A stretch of 64,000 nucleotides of DNA from Chiloscyllium plagiosum (Eukaryota), in contig NC_057720.1 of NCBI RefSeq assembly GCF_004010195.1, positions 30,103,829-30,167,828 on the forward strand, given 5' to 3'. Shown here one piece after another: positions 13,687 through 25,277 of the stretch. Positions within the stretch are counted from its first letter, which is position 1, and each line of letters starts with the position of its first letter. The notes under the pieces are model-generated. The model was not told the DNA's origin. It worked only from the letters and a program-made list of their open reading frames with translations, and did not search any database. The position numbers and the translations under genes are program-made.

Positions 13687-14001
13687 TGTAACAAGGCCAG
13701 ACAGATGGACCTCATAGATTATGAGTTTCCTGATTGGGCTGTTAATCTAGTCCAAACAGGGAGTCCTAGCTGACAGTATCAGACATCCTGTTCACTCTGA
13801 GAGCTGACAATAGACAATAGACAATAGGCAATAGGTGCAGGAGTAAGCCATTCTGCCCTTCGAGCATGCACCACTATTCATTATGATCATGGCTGATCAT
13901 CCTCAGCTGGCTCTGAGGGAGCTGATCAAGGACTTTCCAGGTGTAAATAAAGGGTGACTTGGTGTTGGGATACTGGCCTCAGTAGAGTTAGTTCAGTGGC
14001 A
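13687..14001 (+). mobile_element. Solo LTR (gypsy-like) with a nested CR1 3' tail (about 13806-13905, minus)
   Basis: TGTAACA...GTGGCA termini, 4-bp TSD taat, AATAAA near the 3' end; (acaatag)n tail of the nested insert. Confidence 0.6.
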
Positions 14002-14050
14002 TAATTGTTTTTAATTAAATAATAAAGGCTGTTATAAAGTTGAAACTCAC

Positions 14051-14091
14051 ATATTTTCTGTCCAGCCATATTTCCTGTCAATCCGATCTTG
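14051..14091 (-). CDS. FAAH: FAAH-like exon 6 (41-nt exon, KIGLTGNMAGQKI)
   Basis: TGCAG acceptor, GTGAGT donor. Phases 2/1 bridge exons 5 and 7 exactly; similar to FAAH KSGLKGCVYGQEA. Confidence 0.9.
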
Positions 14092-14204
14092 CTGCATGAA
14101 ATGAAAACATATTATCAGTTTAATTGAAGAAAATGGGCCTCTTTATCAGTATTAGCAGCTGGGTCAATAACAACTCATTGCAGTTTTCTAATTAGTGCCT
14201 CCAA

Positions 14205-14750
14205 AGGCGGCCACACTTGGAATATTGTGTACAGTTCTGGTCCCCATATTTCGGGAAGGATATGGAAGCATTGGAAAAGGTGTGGAGGAGATTTACCAGG
14301 ATGTTGTCTGGTCTGGAGGGAAGGTCTTATGACGAACGGCTGAGAGACTTGGATCTGTTCTCATTGGAAAGAAGAAGGCTAAGAGGAGATTTAATAGAGA
14401 CATAAAAGATGATCAGAGGATTAGATAGGGTAGACAGTGAAGGTCATTTTTCCTAGGACGATGACATGAGCTTGTACGAGGGGGTATAACCACAAGTTGA
14501 GGGGTGATAGATTTAAGACAGATGTCAGAGGCAGGTTCTTTACGCAGAGAGTGGCGAGGGCGTAGAATGCCCTGCCTGCTAATGTAGTCAACTCAGCCAC
14601 ATTAGGGAGATTTAAACAATCCTTCGATCAGCACATGGATAATGATGGGATAGTGTATAGGGGACAAGCTGAGAAAAGTTCACAGGTCGGCACAACATCG
14701 AGGACCGAAGGGCCTGTTCTGCACTGTATTGTTCTATGTTCTATGTTCTA
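14205..14750 (+). mobile_element. CR1 3' fragment, (ctatgtt)n-tail subfamily
   Basis: EYCVQFWSP...[10 protein letters not shown] peptide and a ttctatg repeat tail. A second CR1 tail follows at 14760-14910. Confidence 0.9.
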
Positions 14751-15157
14751 AAAAGGCTAGTCTGATCGCAACATTTAAAAGGCATCTGGATGGGTATGGG
14801 CCAGGTGCTGGCAGGTGGGACTAGATAGGATTGGGATATCTGTCAGCATGGACGAGTTGGACCGAAGGATCTATTTCCATGCTGTGCATCTCTATGAATC
14901 CATGATTCTAAATCATTTAAATAAATACTTTGAGATGTTTTGTCGGAATTTATTGCAGAAACATCAACTTTCATGTTTCCTGTATAAGTACTAAAAATGC
15001 TTTCCACTTTAGACTTAAAACGTTGGTAGCTAAAAATTGATGCCTGAAATAGACACATTTAAATGCTAATGAGGCAGAATGGCTGTCACCTTGACCCTCA
15101 TTTATTTTCCTTCCCAGTTCACCTCGAAAAGCACTTACTTGAAAGAGAAGATGTGAC

Positions 15158-15283
15158 AATCACCTGATGAAGGAGCGTCGCTCCGAAAGCTAGTGTGCTT
15201 CCAATTAAACCTGTGGACTATAGCCTGGTGTTGTGTGATTTTTAAATTTGTACACCCCAGTCCAACACCGGCATCTCCAAATC
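15158..15283 (+). mobile_element. Penelope-derived insert, family B
   Basis: Same sequence as the copies at 25278, 46277, 9305, 38866 and 40600. Confidence 0.8.
15161..15195 (+). ncRNA. Minimal hammerhead ribozyme motif (family B)
   Basis: CAC-CUGAUGA-A-GGAGC-GUC-GCUCC-GAAA-GC-UA^GUG: stem I CAC/GUG, 5-bp stem II, AGCU palindrome. Confidence 0.75.
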
Positions 15284-15284
15284 T

Positions 15285-16210
15285 TTCTCAGAACTGATTG
15301 TAACTTGGAAAAGGTGGGTATATATGCTGAAAACAGGGATATGGGAGTTGACAGTAGTAAGATGGAGCCCTGAGAGAGAAAAATACTTGGGTAAACAAAG
15401 GAATGGGAAAGGGCAGCCTGGGAGAATGAACAGCTGCTAATAGGGACCATAAGTAACTGACAATGGGTTGTCTGTAGTAGCCGCCCACATGATAACAAGA
15501 CCTTGTGCATGGATTACAGTAAGGACATGGAAGAAAGTGCTTAAGCTGTAACATTTTTGAACTCGATATTGGGTCCAAAAGGCTGCAGGATTGTGCTAGG
15601 TTTTGATGGAGCACCATAGCCAGCCTGAGTCAGAGCTGTTCGCCAGGGAAAACAATAAAGTGTCAAAGTGGCAGGCGCTGGAAGCTCAGGGTTATTTTTG
15701 CTGACAGAACATACGTGTTTTGCAAAGCAGTCACCCAGTCTGCACATTGTTTCCCCACTGTTGAGGAGACCACACTGTGAGAAGTGAATACAGTAGACTA
15801 GATTCAGTGAAGTTCAGGTAAAATGCTACTTCACCTGAAAGGTGTGTCTGGGGCCTTAGATAGTGAGGAGGGAGGAAGTAATTGAGTAGGTGTTACACCT
15901 TCAGCGGTGACAGGGGAAGGTGCTGAGGGGTTGTGAGGACGTGTTGGTAGTAAAGGAGGAATGGACCAGGGTAGTCCTGGAAGGAACATTCCCCTCGGAA
16001 GGCTGACAAGGGAGTGGAGGGCAATATGTGTCTGGTGGAGGCAATCTGTTGGAGGTGATGGAAATGGCAGCTAATGGTGCTTCAGATGTTGATGCTTTTG
16101 GGATGGTAGGTGGGGACAAGGGGAACTATTTTGTTGTGGTAAGGAAAAGAATGGGTGAAGATAGGACATGACTGAGGGCCCTGTCAACCATGGCAGTGGG
16201 GAATCCTTGA
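15285..16210 (-). mobile_element. Penelope-like element fragment: RT C-terminus, GIY-YIG endonuclease and 3' region
   Basis: Minus strand gives HFTxTSLNLVYCIHFSQCGLLNSGETMCRLGDCFAKH, a decayed VYCI.C..C...Y.GET.R.L..RF.EH motif. Frameshifted. Confidence 0.8.
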
Positions 16211-16559
16211 TTGATTAGAGCTACACTATGCTGATGTGAAATCAGAATGTATTTGTTCATACAAACTTCTATAGAAATCTTTAACTCTCTCCCTCAAAAG
16301 GTGGTCGACGCTGGTATGATGGAAACTTTCAGGTGGAGATAAGAAGAGTTCTACTAAATATGAGTAGGCAGGTGGGACTAGTTTAGTTTGGGATTATGTT
16401 CGGTGTGGACTGATTGGACTGAAGAGTCCGTTTCCGTGCTGTGTGTCTCTATGACTCTGAGTATAAAGTGGTATGGATCAACAACAGATAGATGGAGACA
16501 GGTTGCAGACCAGCAATGAACTAACTGAATGATGGATCAGACTTGAGGAACTGAATGGC

Positions 16560-16700
16560 AAAACTGAGGACTGCAGATGCTGGAGATCAGAGTCTGGATT
16601 AAAGTGGTGCTGGAAAAGCACAGCAGGTCAGGCAGCATTCAAGAAGCAGGAAAATCAGGAATGATGAAGAGCTTCTGCCCGAATCGTCGATTTTCCCACT
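16560..16700. mobile_element. Penelope-derived insert, family A, decayed hammerhead
   Basis: Perfect 18-bp TSD cttgaggaactgaatggc (16542-16559 / 16701-16718). Confidence 0.85.
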
Positions 16701-16758
16701 CTTGAGGAACTGAATGGCCCACCTCAGTTCCCATAATAGCAATAAACAAATTTCTTAC

Positions 16759-16965
16759 CTTAATCGATTTGAAGTTGGTTTGAAACCACAGATTCCACAG
16801 CAAGCAGCAGGAAAGCGTATGCTGCCACCAAGGTCAGTTCCAATACCAAGGATGGAGCCACCTGCTGCAATCAAAGTAGCTTCCCCACCCGATGACCCAC
16901 CGGGTGACCGTTTGGCATTAAGTGGATTGATGGTTTGTCCATAAATGGGATTACTACACTCAAAG
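16759..16965 (-). CDS. FAAH: FAAH-like exon 5 (207 nt, amidase signature [45 protein letters not shown])
   Basis: CAG acceptor, GTAAG donor. Contains both catalytic serines (GGSSGG and GGSIR). Confidence 0.97.
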
Positions 16966-17686
16966 CTGTTGTAAAGAGAAAAACATTTTTAGGGATGATA
17001 TGAGACATTAATAAAAACAGGAAATGAATTTATCTTCCCATTATCCCTTCAAAAGAAATTTTGTGCATTTATTTATTCAGGAAGGGGCAGTCTTTATTAG
17101 TCCACCTTCAGCCACATATGTCAAACAATAGATTTTCTAAACTTACAGTGGGCTTCTCAATCCAGTTGTCAGCTTGTGAGAATTTCACAAGAATCGATGG
17201 ATGCGATTTTATGGAATTCATACAAGAAGGAACATGGTATGTAGAGAATCAACAGATCACTGCTTCAATTATTCCCGTTGACAGTGATTACACACAATGT
17301 TTTTTACATTGAAGGGCATGCCAACTGAATCTGCAAATTCTGCAATATCCCACAAAGTGGCAAATATACAGGATACTAATGTGGGCATTCAATAAACAGT
17401 GCCAACAAAATACAACAATGTTTCTTCGATAACAAAGGAAATGTTCCTAAGACCCTGTGACCATCAATGTCCACCACAATGATGCATTTAGTTCTCTGAC
17501 CCAGCTAGGTGCAACTAAAACCAGTGATGAACATGTGAATTAAGTGAGTCCAATGTAATATGATTACTTACAAGTGAGATTTAACTTTAAAAAGGAGAAA
17601 GTGAGGTCTGCAGATGCTGGAGATCAAAGTTGAAACTTTATTGCTGGAACAGCACAGCAGGTCAGGCAGCATCCAGGGAACAGGAG

Positions 17687-17722
17687 ATTCGACGTTTCGG
17701 GCACAGGCCCTTCTTCAGGAAT
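17687..17722 (-). ncRNA. Minimal hammerhead ribozyme motif (mirror copy, sense to the FAAH pre-mRNA)
   Basis: Exact reverse complement of 17724-17759. Confidence 0.75.
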
Positions 17723-17723
17723 C

Positions 17724-17759
17724 ATTCCTGAAGAAGGGCCTGTGCCCGAAACGTCGAAT
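17724..17759 (+). ncRNA. Minimal hammerhead ribozyme motif (family A)
   Basis: AUUC-CUGAAGA-A-GGGC-CUGU-GCCC-GAAA-CG-UC^GAAU, with perfect 4-bp stem I and stem II. Confidence 0.8.
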
Positions 17760-18639
17760 CTCCTGTTCCCTGGATGCTGCCTGACCTGCTGTGCTGTTCC
17801 AGCAATAAAGTTTCAACTTAAATTTAAAAAGACAACTGTTTTGTTTTTGGCTTCAAAGGACTGAATTTTATGTTTTTTAATGAAATGTCAGTTTCTGTTA
17901 GTTTCATAGAACGTTTCTCTCCAGGAGGCTGACTCAGATTTCTCATCATGTACCATCATAGAGTTAAACAGCATGGAAACAGACCCTTCAGTCCAATTCA
18001 TCCATGCAGACCAGGTTTTCCAAACTAAACTAATGCCATTTGTCAGTGTTTGGCCCATATCCGTCTAAAACTTTCATATTCATGTACCTGTCCAAATGTC
18101 TTTTAAATATCTTACCAAACTGGTTTCTGTTACTACATACTCCACCTCTGTTAGAACTCTCTCGATTGATTCTAGCTCCTACCAGCCACTGTTTCCGGAG
18201 CAGTTCCCCACTCAGAATATTCTCTGATAGACTGGTATTCTGGTGCCTGTGTCATCTCAAAGGCTGCTGTGCACTGGACAAGTATTGGCAGTCTCGTGTT
18301 GCTCCACACCAGCAAAATAATGGCACAGCAGCCACAAAAGCCAATCTGCTCACCCTTTCCATGCATATACAACCTCATTCTCTCACCATAGTCACTGTTT
18401 CATTGACAGGCCACATATTTTCCCTGTCCTTAGCTAAATCTCGCCTAAACACACTCTCTAAATCATCACTACTCTATAGACATACATTACGCATTGTCCA
18501 GTTGGGGAACATTAGATACAGGGAACTAATCAAACAATTCTAATTAAGAGGTTACTATCATGTCACCTTTTGAATTGTCTGGACTGAGAATGAGTACCAC
18601 TCTCTGCCTTTCAGCTTCACCTACTCCCTGTCTCACCAA

Positions 18640-19230
18640 TGGTGTACAGGTCCCCTGAAGGTAGCAGTACAGGTAGAAAAGGTTGTAAAGAAGTCATATG
18701 GAATGGTCTCCTTCATTGACGAAGTGTAAAGTATAAAAATAGGGATAGAATGATGAAACTGTGTAAGACACCGGTGAGGCCACAATTGGTGTATTACATG
18801 CAGTTTTGGTCACCACTTTATAGGAGGGATGTAATTGCTCTGGAGGGAGTGCACAGAAGATTTACTCAAATGTTGCCAGGGCTGCAGAATTGTTGCTCCA
18901 AGGAGAGAATGAAGAGGTTGGGGTTATTTTCCTTGGAACAGAGAAGGCTGAGGGGTGACATGATTGAGGTATACAAAATTGTGAGGGGTAGAGACAAGTA
19001 GATGGAGGAACCTGTTTCCCTTGGCAAAGATTTCAAAAACCAGGGGTCAGAAATTCAAGCTCAGTGGCAGAAGGATTAGAAGGGATGTGAAGAAAAACTT
19101 TTTTACATGGAGGGTGGTGGGTGTCTGGAATTCGCTGCCTGAGTTGGTGGTGCAGGAAGAGACCCTAAACTCTTTTAGAAAGTACCTGGATCTGCACCTT
19201 AAATTCTGTCAGCTGCAGGGCTTTGGGCTG
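18640..19230 (+). mobile_element. CR1 3' fragment
   Basis: VRPQLVYYMQFWSP...WNSLPELVV peptides. Confidence 0.9.
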
Positions 19231-19599
19231 CAGACTGCCCCCACATTGATAACTATTGACTATTTCACAGTCCATGATGGTCTACTGTACACACCCAAAG
19301 TGTAATTCCCATGGCGTGGTGTAAACGGCTTTCAACCAGCATTTGAACACTAAGAACGTTGACTTTGCATGCAATACAAATGGATGATGAAATGACCTCA
19401 TCACTGGGAAGCTGACTGAGCTGATAGGAGTGTCACGCTGCTTTGCCCAAATGTCAAGAACCCGTCTAGAGCTTCCATTGTCCTGTTATAACTTGCACTA
19501 CCCCACAGCCCATTTCCACCATGCTCCCTACACCCCCTAGACCCACTACATCAAACTATCTGCCTACTTTCCTCCTTTTCCCCTGAGCCCCAACATTTT

Positions 19600-20340
19600 G
19601 AACAGGAAATCTATTACAGCAGTAAGGAGAAATGGTAATTTAGAAGGCTCCTCAAAACTAGTTATATGAGTTGAACCTAAAAACCAAAAAGGACTAGCAA
19701 TCCAAGAGAAACGGAAGAGAGGATCATGTAGGAAAATTTCAGGAAAGTGTCAAAATAATAACCCTAATTCTAATCCAAATACTCTTGTAGGTGATCGTAA
19801 GGGATTTCAATTTCCCCAACATTAACTGGGAAAGTCATAATCTTTAGTGGAACACAATTCTTAAAAATACCTTCAAGAGATCTTTTTAAGCTGGTACATG
19901 GAAGGCCCAGCAAAGAAGGGGCAGTCTTGGACTTAATTTGTGGTAACAAAGCCAGGCAAATGGCTGAAGTATTAGTGGGGGATCATTTTGCAGACAGCGA
20001 TCATAACTCCATTAGATTCAAGATTGCAAAGAAAAAGGACAAGAGACTGAAATTAAAGTCATAATCTGGATTTTGATTTTAATAAGATCAGATATGATTT
20101 GGTGACAGTGGACTGGGGGCAGATACTTTCAGGTAAATCTGCCTCAGAACAGATTAATTCAAAAAGGAAACATGGAGAATACAGGGCCAACATGTTCCAT
20201 TGTAGAAAAAGGATGGGACCATCAAATCTTGTGAACCCTAGATTTTGAGGGATATACAGCATTGGATTAAAAGGCAAAAAGGAGGCTTATGGGCAGACAC
20301 CAAGGACTCAAAATAGCTGAAGTCCGTGGGGAGTATTTTT
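19600..20340 (+). mobile_element. Decayed CR1 endonuclease-region fragment
   Basis: gggatttcaatttccccaacattaactggga (DFNFPNINW) and SDHN motifs. Confidence 0.7.
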
Positions 20341-21077
20341 ATGGACTAGACCAAACCATCTCAAAATATATTAAGAAGATAGATTAGACCCTAACTAGTG
20401 ATTGGACACTGGGAAGCAACTTGACATCAACACATGTGACAATAATTCGCCCCAGTAAAGCTGAAGGCAATGAGGATTCAATGAAAAACTACTGGTTGGC
20501 GTCTAGCACAAAGGAAGAGGTTTGTAGTTGTTGAGAACCAATCTTCTCAATCTCAAGACATTATTGCAAGAGTGTCTCCTGGTAGCTCTAGGTCCAACAA
20601 TCTTTAGCTGCTTTATCAATGGAATTACTTCTGTCACAATGTCAAGGGTGAGGATGTTCGTTGTTGAATGCACAGCGCTCAGTACCACTCACAATTCCTC
20701 AAAAACTGAAGCAGTTCATAGCCGCATACAGCAAGACTTGGACAGTATCTAGCCTTGGATTGGCCAATGTCAAGTCACATTTGTGTCACACTAAACAATG
20801 CCAGATAATGACCATATGCAACAAAAGATAAAATAACCTTCATCTCTTGATATTCAGTGACATTATCATTGCCAAGTCTTTCACAATCAACATTCTGAAG
20901 GGTCATCAATGACCAGGAACTGAATTAGACTAACAAGTAAATACTGTTGTCTAATCTTCTAATTCAACTCCATTTTTCCACACTATCCCCATGTTTCTAA
21001 ATTCACCTAGAACACCAAATCCAGTAATATCTACCTTTGACTAAGCTTCCTGGGGTCAACAGTTCCAAAGATTCATG

Positions 21078-21250
21078 AAAAAGCTCAGCAGGTCTGGTAG
21101 CATCTGCAAGAGAAATCTGAGAAAACTGAGTTCTGAAGAAAGGTCACTGAACCCAAAACATTAACTCTGAACTCTCTTCACAGCTGCTGTCAGACCTGCT
21201 GAGGTATTCCAGCAATTTCTGTTTTTGTTTCTGATTTCTAACATTTGCTG
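21078..21250 (+). mobile_element. Penelope-derived hairpin insert, family C, decayed hammerhead at 21128-21167
   Basis: Inverted arms ctcagcaggtctgg / cagacctgctgag; GAGUU-CUGAAGA...AACUC stem I retained, GAAA mutated. Confidence 0.6.
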
Positions 21251-21531
21251 ATATTTTGGGGTTTTTTTAACGTATTCTTTATACATATGTACACATTTAT
21301 TTATATGCAAGTAACATTGTACCAGAACCAGTGTGTTATGACTATTCCAGTAATGAATAGCCTTGGTATTACATTTCTATCTTTACTAAAGCAATATTCA
21401 ATGACAAACCTTATGTGGAGTATGTTGATACATTCAAGTCTATTTAATGTAGACCACAATCAGCACAACTAAACACTTCTACTGGTCCTGAAAGACTCTA
21501 TAAATTGCAATAGCATTCTATTGAATATTAC

Positions 21532-21665
21532 CTGAGTAATGTCTGAGGAACATTGGTTTTCACAAATGGAATTGCTCCTTGTTTCTTCAGCACTTTAACT
21601 ATTACACTGTCTTCACTTGCTGGTCTGTTTATGAATTTCCTTAGTCCACAAGTTGAATCATGATC
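21532..21665 (-). CDS. FAAH: FAAH-like exon 4 (134 nt, DHDSTCGLRKFINRPASEDSVIVKVLKKQGAIPFVKTNVPQTLLS)
   Basis: CAG acceptor, GTAATA donor, amidase GA.PFVKTNVP motif. Confidence 0.95.
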
Positions 21666-22069
21666 CTGTATTAAAATAATTTTAGAACATGTTATTATTG
21701 TTAACCAATTGGGTTGTAGTACATTTTGACTAGATAGCTTGTTGAACCTTGATTAAAATTTTAATTCTTCTCATCTTGCAGGGAATATTGGAAGTATCAA
21801 TAAAATTCACATCTCAGATGGCCAAGAGTAAACAAGAAAAGATTGCAATCAGAAAGATGGAGCTGGATTTTATGGCTACAAATTGGACCTATCCTCTCCC
21901 CAACCCATGCAAATATCACATGCATAATCATTATGTTGGGTCAGCAATACAATGTCATCTCGACAGTCTGAACCAGTACACAAGGCAACATGTCCTGATA
22001 AATGCAAGATGAAAAGCTTTGACAAAATATGTCTTTTTCAGCAAAAGCTATTCACTGAAATTATTAGAG

Positions 22070-22830
22070 TCGGCAACTGCTTCAAGTACTGGGAAATGGG
22101 ACTAGAGTAGGTAGATATTTGATGACCAGTGCAGACGTAATGGACCAAAAGACCTCTTTCATGCTGTAGAATTCTATGAGACAGGGTAGTGAAGAAGCCA
22201 TTTGGTATGCTTGCCTTTATTGGGTCAGTGCATTGAGTATAGTAGTTGGGAGGTCATGTTGCAGCTATGCAGGTCATTGGTTAGGCCACTATTGGATCAC
22301 TGTTTTCAATTCTGGTGTCCCTGCTATAGGAAAGATGTTGTAAAACTTGGAAGGGGTCAGAAATGATTTACAAGGATGTTGCCAGATTGGAGGTCTTGAG
22401 CTTTAGGGAGAGGTTAAATAGGCAGGGGTTGTTTTCACTGAAGCGTCGGAGGCAGAGGAGTGACCTTGTAGAGGTTTATACAATCATGAGGAGCATTGGA
22501 CAGGGTGTAAATAGACAAGAGAGTCCAAAAAGTAGACGGCATAAGTTTAAAATGAGAGAGGAAAGATGTAAAAGGGACCTGAGGAGCACTTTTTTCACAC
22601 AGAGGGAAGCACGTGTATGGAATGAGCTGCCAGAGGAAGTGGTGGAGGCTCGTACAATTACAACGTTTAAAAGGCATCAGCATGGTACATGAATAGCAAG
22701 GGATTAGAGAGATGTGGGCCAAATGCTGACAAATGGGATTAGATTAAGTTAGGATATGTGGTCAGCATGGATGAATTGGACCAAAGGGTCTGTTTCTATG
22801 CTGTACAGCTGTATGGTTTTATGACTCTAA
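22070..22830 (+). mobile_element. CR1 3' fragments
   Basis: FTQREARVWNELPEEVV peptide and a tatgactcta tail. Confidence 0.9.
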
Positions 22831-24204
22831 AGCTGCTGAGCCAGGTAAATCACAAATGTTATAAGTTTGATTCCTGCTCAGCATTAAGTCAACTAACATC
22901 ACTTAGGGTGGCAATAGGAATGTTACAATTGACCTCAGTCTCCAGATGGGTAAAAGGAAAGAAATTTGAGTTTTACTTCTTCACTATTTAACAAATGCAG
23001 CTGGAATTACATATGTAAACACTTCAGGCAAGAGTAGTCTAAGGCTTGACTGTAATGTTCCCTATTGAATGAAGGAAGGAATTACCTTTATTGTCACAAG
23101 TACTCAAATAAATACAGTGAAAAGTTTACAATTGTTGCATTACAGTGCCATCATGGGTACAAAGGTACCTAGGTACAGACAATTAAGATCAAATTCTTAG
23201 GAGACATAAGAAAACTTTGAAAAGTAAAGAAATAAATATCCAGTATTATAGGTCACAGTAATAAATCAGAAAAATAAAAAAGTTAAAAAGTTCAGAATAT
23301 CAGTCTTTCCGACCTAGTCCATGCCAGCACCTAGTCTCAAGGGAGACCTTCACCAACTTGCCGCTGCCTGTGCTGGACCCACCAATGTAGGATACGCCCT
23401 ACTTTAGGCACTATCTCATCGCTGTTGGGCCCACTTTGCCGATGCCACTGAACCCACACTCACCCCGCAACCAAGACACCCCAGCTCAGCTGCCAGACCA
23501 GGCTGCCGCCAAGCCACACGTCCTGCTTCAGCTGCAGATGTCTCCTTGCCAGCACCGCCATCCTGAAGAGTCCTGTGCCACTGGTACTGGTGCCACCAAT
23601 CCCAGTGGTTGGAGGAGCTTTGCTGCCGATGCCACAACCCCGAATGGTTGGAGAATGTCCTCAGTGCTGCTGCTGATGCCTCCAATCACAAGGAAGAGCC
23701 ACGTCTGCCACTCCACATACAGCCCTCTCTCCCTGCTATGGCATTGATGCTGACCAATACACTACAAAAAAGAAAAGAAGACCAAAAGGAAAGGAGAATA
23801 AAGCAAAAGAAAAGAACAGAAGCAAAAGTGAAACCAATAGGAAAGCAGATAGGAGCAAATGGGCCGTGAACAAGAGCTCACACAGAGCCCTGTTAATCTG
23901 CTGCTATCTACTGGGAGATTCCAACACTTGTGTAGCTGTGTCAACACTCATCTGTGAATAAAGACCAGTTGTCCAAGAAATCAGAGTGACTAGAGCCTGC
24001 AATGATACACTAAATGATGACAAGTAGTCAATGCTTTTGAGATGGAAAACTGTACTGAATTGAAATAGATATGGCACCTGCTCTCTATTCAATACTTTAA
24101 TCTCCTTAAGTAATGTAACACAAAACATACCAATAAGCATCTTCAAATTCCAAAGAACTTATAATGCACAATATTTAATGCACTTTCCAAAAAAAAATCT
24201 GTAC

Positions 24205-24345
24205 CTTGTAGTTAATACTTTCTTTGATGCTGACGGGAATACCATACAGTAGTCCTTTCTTTGCATTATGCAAATCTGCAAGTTGTGTTTGACATTCAGG
24301 AAGAAAGTCTACAATGCAGTTGAACTTTCTTGTGGCCTCCAAAGC
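24205..24345 (-). CDS. FAAH: FAAH-like exon 3 (141 nt, ALEATRKFNCIVDFLPECQTQLADLHNAKKGLLYGIPVSIKESINYK)
   Basis: AG/GT boundaries. The GLLYGIPVSIKE motif contains the catalytic Lys (K142 equivalent). Confidence 0.95.
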
Positions 24346-24651
24346 CTTCAAAACAATGAATAGAAAACCACAACTTTATCATAGCATTTACAGTAATTAC
24401 TGTAGCTACTACTTGTTCAATACCTATAGCATAATTTTCCTATTTCCTGCAAGGCATAGTATTGTGAGTGGCCTCAAATATCTTCAGAACCCTTCCACAG
24501 GTCACACATTACTCCCACTCTTTTTGCTGACTAAATTGGTAAAGGAGAGAACAGAGAATATATCCAAGTTTCAGAAAAACACACTCATATTTCTACATTG
24601 CAAAGCTACTCATCCATAACATTTCCTACCTTCAGATTAGCAAGCCAAGTT

Positions 24652-24927
24652 TAGATTTAGATTTCCTACCCTATGGAAACAGGGCCTTCAGCCCAACCAG
24701 TCCACACCGACCCTCCAAAGAGTAACCCATCCAGACCCATTTGCCTCTGACTAATGCACCTAACACTATGGGCAATTTAGCTGACCTACACATCTTTGTG
24801 ACTGTGGGAGGAAACCCACGCAGACACGTGCAAACTCCACACATACGGTCACCCAAGGCTGGGATTGAACTTGAGACCCTAATGCTGTGAGGCAGTAGTG
24901 CTAACCACTGAGCCACCTTGCCACCCC
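24652..24927 (-). mobile_element. HE1-type (V-SINE) tRNA-derived SINE
   Basis: gtggctcagtggttagcact A-box, V-domain tctgcgtgggtttcctcc, CR1-like tail. Confidence 0.9.
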
Positions 24928-24938
24928 TAAGTGCGAAG

Positions 24939-25011
24939 AGGCCCCAGTGAGATTTGAACTCAGGACCTCTGGCTTACAAGACCTGCACTCTAACCCCTGA
25001 GCTATGGAGCC
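24939..25011 (-). tRNA. tRNA-Thr(UGU)-like gene, probably a pseudogene
   Basis: GGCTCCATAGCTCAGGGGTTAGAGTGCAGGTCTTGTAAGCCAGAGGTCCTGAGTTCAAATCTCACTGGGGCCT (73 nt). Acceptor stem intact and TGT anticodon, but A:A mismatch in the anticodon stem, C:C in the T stem, and no oligo-T terminator. Confidence 0.8.
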
Positions 25012-25277
25012 CGATGGACAAATTACAATCAGTGAATGTCAGAGTCTATGTTGAATGATTAACTCATGTCAAAAAGTGGAATGGACAACACAGCAATGGT
25101 TTATTGGAGGAAAAATTAAGAGTTTGGAAATCTGTGGCTCTCGGGCTAAAGACACTAGAGATTGCAGACTAGAAAGACCCTAGTGTGAGCCACAGTGGTC
25201 TTCCCCTCTCACGCTGAGGCCAATGGACAAGAGTCTTGTTGGAGTAGTTGAATAAGCAGGAAATAATTTAGGGAAGG

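Larger units (their letters stand above)
17594..17819. mobile_element. Penelope-derived family A insert containing a perfect palindrome (17627-17819)
   Basis: Arms 17627-17722 and 17724-17819 are exact reverse complements around a 1-nt spacer. Confidence 0.9.

Noticed and set aside
23416..23869. Overlapping GC-rich ORFs
   Set aside because: Low-complexity interior of an unclassified repeat; no domain motif or splice support.
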